Positions 51,287 through 60,920 of a DNA stretch of 64,000 nt are shown one piece after another. How positions within the stretch are numbered: position 1 is the first letter of the stretch; each line of letters starts with the position of its first letter. The stretch is from Octopus vulgaris (taxonomy: Eukaryota): contig OX597820.1 in NCBI GenBank assembly GCA_951406725.2, positions 3,906,001 to 3,970,000 on the forward strand, in the 5' to 3' direction. A model generated the notes under the pieces. The model was not told the origin of the DNA and did no database searches. It saw only the letters and a program-made list of their open reading frames with translations. The translations under genes were made by a program, and so were the position numbers.

Positions 51287-52696
51287 CAGGGGTTGAACAA
51301 AACACCATAAAATTTCAAACAAATTTATTTTAATATTTTAATATTTACGTGCAGGTGGCACATAAAAAGCACCCACTACACTCACGGAGTGGTTGGCGTT
51401 AGGAAGGGCATCCAGCCGTAGAAACACTGCCAGATCTGACTGGGCCTGATGAAGCCTTCCAGCTTCACAGACCCCAGTTGAACCGTCCAACCCATGCTAG
51501 CATGGAGAACGGACGCTAAATGATGATGATGGGGTAGGACTGTCTTTGGCAGTAATTACAGCTTGAATTCTACAAGGTATGGACTCGTACAAAGTTTGAA
51601 TTATTTCCAAAGGAATTTTTGTCCATTCCCCAGCTAGAGCAGTCTCCAGATCTTGTAGTGATGAGGGTGGAGGATATTGACTCCTTACTTGTTTTTCTAA
51701 AATGCACCATAAATGTTCAATAATATTGAGATTTGGGGACTGTGGTGGCCAGATAAGATGTTCAACTTCACTAGAATGTTCCTCATGCCATTCAGTAACA
51801 ACTTTAGCTGTGTGAATTGGTGCTTTATCATCCTGAAAGATTGCATTTCTCTCAGGAAACAGTTCTGCGACCATAGGATGAATTTGATCAGATAAAATGC
51901 TTGAATAGTCTTGATTATTAATTCTGCCATGAAGGGAAACCATTGGGTCGGCACATTTTCAAGATACAGCCTCCCAGATCATCACAGATCCTCCATGTTT
52001 AACAGTTGGAAGAAGGCAGTCTGGGTCAAATGCTTCTTTTGGCTTTCTCTACATGTATACTCAGCCAGTGGTCAGAAATATAGTAAAGGATGACTCATCC
52101 AAGAAAATAATATTCTTCCACTGCTCTAGGGACCAATTCTGTAGGTTTTTACTCCACTCTAAACGCTTTGCAACGTTTGTTTTTGAAAGTAGTGGTTTTC
52201 TGATTGCAGCCTTCTGTGAAATCTGGCTTTGTGCAGCTCCCAGTGAACAGTTTTTGTGGAAACTGGGTTCTTGAAGTGGTCATTAAGCTCATTAATTTTG
52301 AGAGCTGTACTTTTGTGATCCTTTCTAACAATTCTTCGCGTAAGAATCTGACGGTCCCTATCTGAAAGTTTTGTTTTGATGAGAAGGTTTTTCCCTCTTT
52401 CTTAAAGGCTGTCATTACTTTCGAGACAGTACTTCTTGATACACCAAACATTTCAGCTGGTTTTGTTACGCGAGCACCAACAATTTGACCTCTTTGAAAG
52501 TCCAATAGATCTGTCATTTTAATGAATTTTAATTATCTTTTTCTGATGATATCTGAAAAGAAACAGCCTTTTTAGCAAAACATATTAAGCAACACTAATA
52601 ATAAATCAAAGGACGTAAAAACAAGCTTTTGACAGTTTTATAGATATTTCAAAATTATGATGCTAGGTGTTTCCATTATTTTGTCCAACTCCTTTG
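51287..52696 (-). mobile_element. Decayed Tc1/mariner transposon, interrupted by an RTE-tail repeat (~51346-51531)
   Basis: HTH region (FQRGQIVGA...GVSRSTVS), FQDDKAPIH and WPPQSPNLNIIEHLW; TIR-like ends TA-CAGGGGTTGAACAAAA..CACC at 51287 and GGTGTTTCCATTATTTTGTCCAACTCC at ~52666-52696. Confidence 0.9.
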
Positions 52697-52772
52697 TGTA
52701 AAATATATTAATTTATATTTTGTTTGTTTCTCAATTTTTGTTAAAAAAGCTTTTTTGTTTGTTTGTTTTTAG

Positions 52773-52846
52773 TTCACACTATGTGTGAATTGAAATTAAC
52801 AGGGAACTGTTTGAAGGGTTCAAGACCCATGCTGATATTTGATCAA
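52773..52846 (+). CDS. BRIX1: BRIX1 exon 6
   Basis: (V)HTMCELKLTGNCLKGSRPMLIFDQ|gtgagt. Confidence 0.95.
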
Positions 52847-53029
52847 GTGAGTACCCTCTGGTTTTCACATTTCATAATCTCATTCATTTCTGTTTTATTA
52901 AATATTTTATTGAAACAAATATGATTGTAATTTAAGCTTTTTTCAATTTTAATCTTCTTCTAAACATTAAATCAAACATTTGTTTCGTGTCTTGAGAATT
53001 AGTAAGGTTTCCTCTTTTTCCTTTTGCAT

Positions 53030-53157
53030 CGTCTGGTTTCCTCCTCCTCCTCCCTTATGCATCTGGTTTCCTCCTCCTCCTCCCTTATGCATCTGGTTTC
53101 CTCCTCCTCCTCCCTTATGCATCTGGTTTCCTCCTCCTCCTCCCTTATGCATCTGGT
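53030..53157. repeat. 30-bp tandem repeat (about 4 copies)
   Basis: CATCTGGTTTCCTCCTCCTCCTCCCTTATG. Confidence 0.9.
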
Positions 53158-53467
53158 GATGCAAACTCCTGACAATTCTGCACCAAACGCAAGGTTTCCT
53201 TGAGGGCTGCTGGCACTTTAGTGATGCAGTTAACTGTAAATCATTCCCATGTATCAACATGTTTAACTCTTTAACCTCTCCAGCCAAAAGGAAAGTGTTA
53301 AAGGCAGAATTGGTTCAGAGGAAATGTAAATCTGGACTTGGGTTGCTGCCTAAAATTCTCTCTCTCTCTCTCCAGAAACCTCCAGATCAGCCCTAATCAA
53401 AGACATTTCAGCCATAGATATTACATCCTTCTCTTGAGCATTTTGTAACCAGAACTACCTTATGGTA

Positions 53468-53913
53468 AAGATTGTTTGCCAACATAACATGGCAGTCCTG
53501 GTTTAGGACGAATGTTGCTGTAATTTAGCCCCAGGAGACATCGTCTCCAGCTGGCTATATGACATGACCTGTGTCCTTACATTTTTCGAACAAGGGCATT
53601 TAGCACCCCAACTCAGCTTAAAACAATATCTGTGTATTGCGATTTCCTGGTTATTTCCCTTCACCAGCACAGAATAATTGTTCGGCTAGAGGTGGCGCTG
53701 CCAAATTCCCGTTTGAAATATATAGTTTTCAAAGTGACAACTAGTCACTGATTTATAAATTAGAGAATTACTATTTTTAAATCTCACAACATTGCTTGAA
53801 AATATAAGGACACAGATCGTGTCATATAGCCAGCTGGAGACGATGTCCCCTGGGGCTAAATTACAGCAACATTCATAAACCAGGACTGCCATGTTATGTT
53901 GGCAAACAATCTT
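53468..53913. mobile_element. MITE with ~125-bp TIRs and flanking TA
   Basis: AAGATTGTTTGCCAACATAACATGGCAGTCCTGG... mirrored at the right end; TA on both sides. Confidence 0.85.
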
Positions 53914-54359
53914 TACTCCAAAATACTGTTGCTGAATATCTCCCGTTGTGAGACTTTTCTAGAACTGCATTATCCTATGAAACTCCTTTTTCAAGCCAAG
54001 AGGGTGTAATTTGAGGGAAATTTAGCTATTCAACAGAATAGACACATAATGTTTTATATACTGTAAGGCTTTTTTTTTTTTCTAAATATGTAAACAATAA
54101 GTGGAATTAATCCAAAACTGAGTCTGAATTTCCAAATAACAAGGAGTCAGAATGGTAAAGAAACAAAATGAATTAAAACTTAATTGGGAAAATTAGCCAT
54201 GTGGTTGTTGAAAATAATTAATATCTAAGTTTACCTGACAAGTACTCCACAGTTATGGATTCTCAATACACTAAACAAATGTTTGATTTAATGCTTAAAA
54301 GAAAATTAAAATTGTAAAAAGCTTAAATTGCAATCATAGCAACTGTGCCAAAACAGTCA

Positions 54360-55050
54360 AAATGGAGTCTGATGCAGTCCGATCAGGTAAAGGACCTGGG
54401 TATCTTGGTGGATTCTTCCTTTTTGCCTTCGGCCCAGTGTGTCCATGCTGCCAACAAAGCACGCAGAGTTCTGTTCTTGATTCGACGGTCATTTGGAATG
54501 CTCACAGTAGCCATATTCCTACCGCTCTATGTCACGCTGGTGAGACCCATATTGGAGTACGGGATTCAAGCCTCTTCTCCTTATCTCCTCAAAGACATAC
54601 ATCATCTCGAAAGAGTCCAGAAGCTGGCTACCCGCATGGTTCTTGGTCTCAAGCATTTGTCTAATGAAGAAAGGCTGAAGACGCTCGACCTTTATTCTCT
54701 AGAAAAACGACAACGCCGTGGTGATCTCATTCTTGCTCACAACATCATAAGCAGAAAGTGTAACCTCTCGAAAGAGCTGTTCTTCACTCCTGCTCCAGAG
54801 CGTCGGCTGCAGGGTCACTCCGAAAAGCTCTATCTATGACAATTTCATCTCAATCAAAGGAGAGGGGCTTTCTCCGTCCGGGTTGCGGATCCGTGGAATA
54901 AGCTGCCGGACGAGATAATGAAGATGCCGACGACCGCTTTGTTCAAAGTCTCCCTTGACCACAAATGGCCTGAACTCCCTCCCTGTACATAACTCCATGT
55001 CCCCCTACGTGGCCTTGCTTTTTGAGCCAAAAAATTAACTTAACTAACTT
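54360..55050 (+). mobile_element. CR1-clade LINE 3' fragment
   Basis: VKDLGILVD...KARRVL.LIRRSF...LYVTLVRPILEY...LERVQK.ATR...RRGDLI; ends in a TAAC(T)-repeat tail; CpG-rich, so probably young. Confidence 0.9.
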
Positions 55051-55529
55051 GTCTCCAATCTGGCCCTCAAACTGCGCAACCCATGCCAGCATGGGGCACA
55101 GGTGTTGAATGATGTGCTTTTGCCACATGAAACATTAAAACTTTTGATTTTAATCTTTGTTTTTGTTCATATCTAAAATTCCTGAGAAGCTGAACGACCA
55201 GCTTCTTCATCTGGAGCCGTAGTTCTTTGTTGATATTAAATGGTTCTTATTCTCACGCAACAGTCTTATATGCCAATGGAAATCTATCTCTTGTCATCAT
55301 TGGCATTTGTAGAGAAGAACATTTAGATAAATCTCTGTAAATTGTGATGACGCTTTTAATTTCTGTTAATATTCTACAGACAAAAATTTCCCAAAAGCGG
55401 AGGGTGGAGAATGTTATGATGGCTTAAGTAAAATATAGGTTCCTTGAAGGGCATCGGGATTTTTAATTTGTTTTGCATGTGAATTTGTGGTTTTACTGAT
55501 TTCTTGTTTTTTACTTTCAATATTTTCAG

Positions 55530-55580
55530 ACATTTGATTCTGAACCACACTGGAAAATCCTAAAAGAATTGTTTACACAA
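55530..55580 (+). CDS. BRIX1: BRIX1 exon 7
   Basis: TFDSEPHWKILKELFTQ|gtgagt. Confidence 0.93.
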
Positions 55581-56287
55581 GTGAGTTCTGTTTTCTAATA
55601 ATATTCATCTTGCGTGTGTGTGGTCTGGATTTTTACTCTGAATTTTGTATTCAGAAAAATCTTTTCCCATTCTAGTAATTACCATTCTTTTACAACTCCT
55701 TTTTATAACATAACTTACTTCTACAGGCATGGCTGTGGGGCAGAGGCTGGCTTGGTTCAGTCCAACTGCCTGTCCCCTTAAAGTCTTTTTTACCTTTGAG
55801 TGAAAATTTGAGCAAAATTGTGGGGAAGTCCATCAGTTGTGTGTGTGTGTGTACATTCTGAGTTCAGATTCTGCTAAGATTGACTTTGTCTGTCCCTTTG
55901 GGGTTGATAAAATAATTGCCAGTCAAGTACTGGAGTAGATGTAACTGACTTAAAAACTACTGGTTTTGTGCCAGAATTTGAGACCATTATTATTAGGCCT
56001 TGTGCCTATGTTAGAAACGGTTATTATAATTAATCTTGCTGTGTTAACGAGTGAAACCTTATTTGTCTTGAAGTTCTAAATATTAACATGTGTGGTTAGT
56101 GTTAGGAAGGGCATCCAGCTGTAGAAGTCCTGTCAAAACAAAGTATGGAACCTGATGGGCTCCTGTCAAATCATCCAACCCATGCCAGCATAGAAAATGA
56201 CGTTAAATCATGACAAATTCTAATCTATATACATTGTGAATTATTTTTTTTATATCTTTAACCGTTTCCTTTCTTCTTGAATTTCAG

Positions 56288-56423
56288 GTTTTTGGGACAC
56301 CAAATCAACACCCAAAGAGTCAACCTTTCATCGATCACATTTTCTCTTTTTCAATCCTTGACAATCATATTTGGTTTAGAAATTATTCTATCACAGATGA
56401 ACTGGGTACACTTGTAGAAATTG
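56288..56423 (+). CDS. BRIX1: BRIX1 exon 8
   Basis: VFGTPNQHPKSQPFIDHIFSFSILDNHIWFRNYSITDELGTLVEI(G)|gtgagt. Confidence 0.96.
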
Positions 56424-58361
56424 GTGAGTATTTTTGCTTAAAGTTTCTTTATAAAAAAAAAAGTGGAAGAATTGGTTTAAAAATACCTTGTAGTGTTTGG
56501 TTCTATTCCCTTGTTTTGAGCCAAAAGCAATTAAGTTCCAGTGAAATCTTTCTAATTTAGTCCCCATAAGACTTGAGGGTCCGTGCAGGCCAAATAGTAA
56601 ATTGAGGATCCACATACGTATATTAGGGGTCCATGTAAAGTTTTGCAAGGGACATAGGTTTCTTTCTTTGACGTTTTACATAGTTCAAACTACACAAGTG
56701 AATGTGTGAAAAAGAAATTAGGGATTTTGAAAGAAGTGTCTATGAAGCCATCAAATGGCTGAGGTCCATCGAGATAAAGTTCTTGTGATTTTCCATTTTA
56801 TGAGAATACTTGGATGCTGACCGAATTTTGGTGTGGATAATAATTACTTGTATGATGTAATTTATTCATCTCAAAGAATGAAGAAGTCAATTAAACTGAG
56901 AGATTAGCTCAGTTTATAGAAAGAACTGTAAAACGGACTTTCTTGTGATTTGTTGTTTGATCAAATTGTACATATCTCTCATCATCGTTTAACATCCGTT
57001 TTCCATGCTAGAATGGGTTGGACAGTTCGACCGGGGTCTGGGAAGCCAGGAGGCTGCACCAGGCTCCAGTCTGATCTGTGAGTGTAGTGGGTGCTTTTTA
57101 CGTGCCACCGGCACGGAAGCCAGTCAAGGTGGCACTGGCATCGACCACATACAGATGGTACTTTTTACGTGCCACCAGCACAGGTGCCAGGGGAAGCTGG
57201 CATCGGCCACATACAGGTGGTGCTTTTTAGGTGCCAGGGTAGGCTGGTGACGGCCACGATTGGTTGGTGCTTTTTAGGTGCCACCGGCACGGAATAATGG
57301 TTTCGAGTTTTGGCACAAGGCCAGCAATTTCGGGAGGGTGGGGGATGGTCCATATTTTATTGACTGCAAAAGGATAAAAGGCGAAATCGAACTCAGAACG
57401 TAAAGATGGACAAAATGCCCTTATTCGTTTTACCTGTTGTGCTAACGGTCCTGTTAGCTTGCTACCTTTTCTGTATTTTAATAATGATTTATTTTATCAC
57501 CTATTGTTCGTCTTAAAAACTCAATAACCAAATTTGATGAAACCTTCAAGCAAATTCTAAAATAATCATAAATTTAGACAGGTTTTGTAAAGTATTTGTA
57601 ACTCTTTTATTCATTAATGTCCTACAAACTCAACAGAATATTTGTGTCACGGTTACGCTTCCTAAACACCCTAATGTCCTCTCAAGTCGGTTCCTTTTGT
57701 TTACATTTTATATTTAGTTCAAATGTTGTAGGGAACACTTGGATTGGAATAGCTGAAAGTAAATAGTGAGTTTTGAGCCATGCGATGTCATTGGGTGAGG
57801 ATTCTTCCTGAAATTTTAATCCTTTCTGGAAATCCTCCTCCTGTTCACTATGGACGTCTGACTTGGTTTACATTGTCAAGAAAAGAAAAAAGGAATTCGG
57901 AACAAACGACTGGAAAATAAGTTATGGCTCAGTGATTATGAAGCTCACAAGGTTTCAAGCCCAGGTCCACTGCCGAGGTCCATTGCCTTGTGATTTAATT
58001 TGGTAGGCAGGAACTTGGTGGAAGCTCATCATGTATATTTGTGTGTCTTTGTGTTCTCTATCACTTGACAACCAGTGTTGGTTTGTTTATGTTCCTGTAA
58101 CTTAGCAGTTTCAGAAAAAAAGACCAATAGACTGTGTACCAGATTTATAAAAAAGAATTAGTTCTGGTGTTGATTTGTTTGCCTAAAACCTTTCAGGGCA
58201 ACACCTTAGAATGGCTGCAGTCCAATGACTGAAATAAAATTAACCTGGAAGACATGGTAGAATTATTTCATAACAATTTAGTTTCCAGCCAAAATTGGAT
58301 TTTGTCCTTTTGTTCTTGCAATAATTTTGCTAATTTATAAAAACAATTTTTTTACTTTTAG

Positions 58362-58456
58362 GTCCACGATTTGTGCTTAATCTTGTCCGAATATTTGAAG
58401 GAAGTTTCTGCAAATCCTGCTTGTATATAAATCCTCATTATAAATCTCCAAACGAA
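58362..58456 (+). CDS. BRIX1: BRIX1 exon 9
   Basis: (G)PRFVLNLVRIFEGSFCKSCLYINPHYKSPNE|gtaagt; completes the Brix sigma70-like EIGPRF motif. Confidence 0.95.
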
Positions 58457-58989
58457 GTAAGTAATGATTTATTTTCAATAAGTGTTCTAATGAAATTCTT
58501 CAAAATTGTCTTAAATTACAAAATTGCTTTTGAATGGCTTTATTTGTGGGTCATTTTAAGTTGGATGAGAATTGTTTTGTTTGTTTTTTTTATTAGATGT
58601 TGGGTGCTTGAGAATGTTTGGTGGCAAGACTATGAACTGCATCTACCCTTTTAGCATTTAAGCCAGCCATGACCTGGCCTGAATATTCTACTTGTTTTAT
58701 GTTTAAAACTGGCCAGATCCAGCCTCTCACTCCTACCCCACAATGTCGTTCTAGAAATATATAATCACCTCAATGAAACCCCAAAGCTCCAAGATAAGAC
58801 AAAATCTGAATAAAGAAGCTTTACATTTCATGTATAAATCTCCAGGATTAGGGAACGGAATTAAAATATAGATTAAGGCTGTTCTATAATGTTTAAGCTT
58901 ATATTAATATCGCAAGAAGTTGTTGAGTGAGGCAATGACAGATTGATTTTTTTTTGCTATCCAACTGGAGATGAGATTTAAGTGCTTAA

Positions 58990-59211
58990 CCCTTTCGATA
59001 CCATATTTCTGTTGAGATGCTCCGAGTTTCTTTCAATTAATTTTAAATATAACAAAAAATTTAGTAAAATAAGTTAGTTATTATTAAGCTAGTGTCAGGA
59101 ACATAAATTGTGACTAAGGTTTGGTGGAAGATTTTAGTTCAGAACTTATGAAAACAAGACATTTGTACAACAGAGCCAGAACCGGTTTCAGCTGGGTTGG
59201 TAATGAAAGGA
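58990..59211. mobile_element. Second TTAA-flanked MITE family; copies ~63780-64000 and ~11140-11320
   Basis: TTAA|CCCTTTCG...GAAAGGA|TTAA with a shared internal sequence. Confidence 0.7.
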
Positions 59212-60318
59212 TTAAGGTTGATTATATCATCATTTTAAATCTCATGAAGATTTTCTGCCAAATTTAAATTTGGAATATAAATTTCGTGGAAGAAATGTAT
59301 TCAGTAATGAAATTTCTAGGAGTTACTTGGACTTCATGTAGTATTACATATTATGGCCCCAACTTAATTACCATTATTTAATGACCTATTAGATGCACTT
59401 TAAGGAGAGAAATCACTGTGTGTCCTATGTGTGAAGTTGAGTCTCTTGTATAATTATATCTTGAAGAAATGAATGGTTTTACTTGCTGTTGTATAATCAT
59501 CGTTACCATTTAATGTATATGTTCCGTGCTGGCATGGGTCGGACAGTTTGACAGGAGCTGGCAAACTAGAGGATTGTGCTAGGCCCTGCTGTCAGCCTTG
59601 ACAGGGTTTCTATGGTTGTTATGCCCTTCCTGATGCCAACCACTTTACACAATGTACTGGGTGCTTTTTTACGTGGGACCAAATAACTTGCCAAGATGTG
59701 ACTCCACAATTGAGGTGGCTTTATGCCAAGTGATGAGATTTTCAAGCATGGCAGAGGGACTGAAAAGTGTCTAATTGTAAAGGAAATAAATTGCTACCCC
59801 AGTTGGGAAAAAGAGTGGGGGGTTATAGATGAGTATTGCTTGTCTTTGGATTATTTTAAACTATTGAATTTTTATATCATTGCTATTATGTTAAACTGTC
59901 GTATGTCTAAATTTGGTCAAATGTGGTTTTTTTTAAAATTTTTGTTTCAATATTTATTTTTGCTTGCAATAACCAGTTCTTTTGGTCAAACTATCGTATC
60001 TTCAAAAATTGTCAGTGTTTTCTTAGGTCATTGCCAGTGCCGGTGTTACGTAAAAGCACCCACTACACTCTCGGAGTGGTTGGTGTTAGGAAGGGGATCA
60101 AGATTGAAGCCTGGTGCAGCCATCGGGTTCGCCGGCCCTCAGTCAAAATCGTCCAACCCATGCTAGCGTGGAAAGCAGACGTTAAACGATGATGAATTTT
60201 GTTTTCTGAAAAAGCAACGTTTTGGACATACGACACTTTTGCATAATAGTAACGGACATGTATTAAAAATTTCTCTCTAATCAGATGTTATTACACGTTT
60301 GTATTTTCTGTTTTTCAG

Positions 60319-60498
60319 TATCGACGTTTGCTCCACAAACAGAGTGCTCTTAAGTATATGGGGAAGGTGGGAGCCAAACTCGGCCGGGACATGCGGAAGC
60401 TGGACAAATCCTATGACCTTGATGCAACCAATGAAGTTTTTAATACTGCAAAAGAAAGTGATTCAACGAAGGAGGATCTTGACACTGTAAAAATATGA
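60319..60498 (+). CDS. BRIX1: BRIX1 exon 10 (terminal)
   Basis: cag|YRRLLHKQSALKYMGK...DATNEVFNT...TVKI*; AATAAA at 60503-60508. Spliced CDS totals 927 nt. Confidence 0.88.
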   Translation, partial: YRRLLHKQSALKYMGKVGAKLGRDMRKLDKSYDLDATNEVFNTAKESDSTKEDLDTVKI

Positions 60499-60920
60499 GG
60501 CTAATAAAGCTGGATTCTATTTTGTTTCTGATATGCTTTTTGTTATTGCATCCAGTTTTTTTTTTTTGTGTGTGTTAGCATGAGTTACACAAATACATCA
60601 TCTGTTTTCCATGCTGGCAGGAGTTGGACGGTTTGACTGAGGTCTGGAGAGCCAGGAGACTGCACCAGGCTCCGGTCTTATCTGGCAGAGTTTCTACAGC
60701 TGGATGCCCTTCCTAACGTCAACCACTCCGTGAGTGTAGAGGGTGCTTTTTATGTGCCACCGACACAGGTGCCAGACGAGGCTGGCGAACGGCCATGCTC
60801 GGATGGTGCATTTTACGTGCCACCGGCACAGAGGCCAGTCGCGGCTGGCACGGCCACGATCGGATGGTGTTAGTTACGTGTCACCGGCACAGGTACCATA
60901 GGAAAAAAAAAAAGATATTT

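Larger units (their letters stand above)
49246..51497. repeat. ~2.25 kb near-perfect palindrome (arms 49246-50358 and 50397-51497, 38-nt spacer)
   Basis: Arms are reverse complements throughout; mirrored ORF pairs in the track (49434/51111, 49770/50730, 50051/50507) confirm this. Confidence 0.97.

Noticed and set aside
52967-53287. ORF with MHKGGGGGNQ repeats
   Set aside because: Arises from a 30-bp intronic minisatellite, antisense to BRIX1, with no other coding signal.
53686-53701. CTCF-like AGGTGGCGC motif in a MITE
   Set aside because: Only the 3' half matches the consensus.
55344-55500. GTGATGA...CTGA as a C/D snoRNA
   Set aside because: No terminal stem, too close to the 3' splice site and no evident guide sequence.
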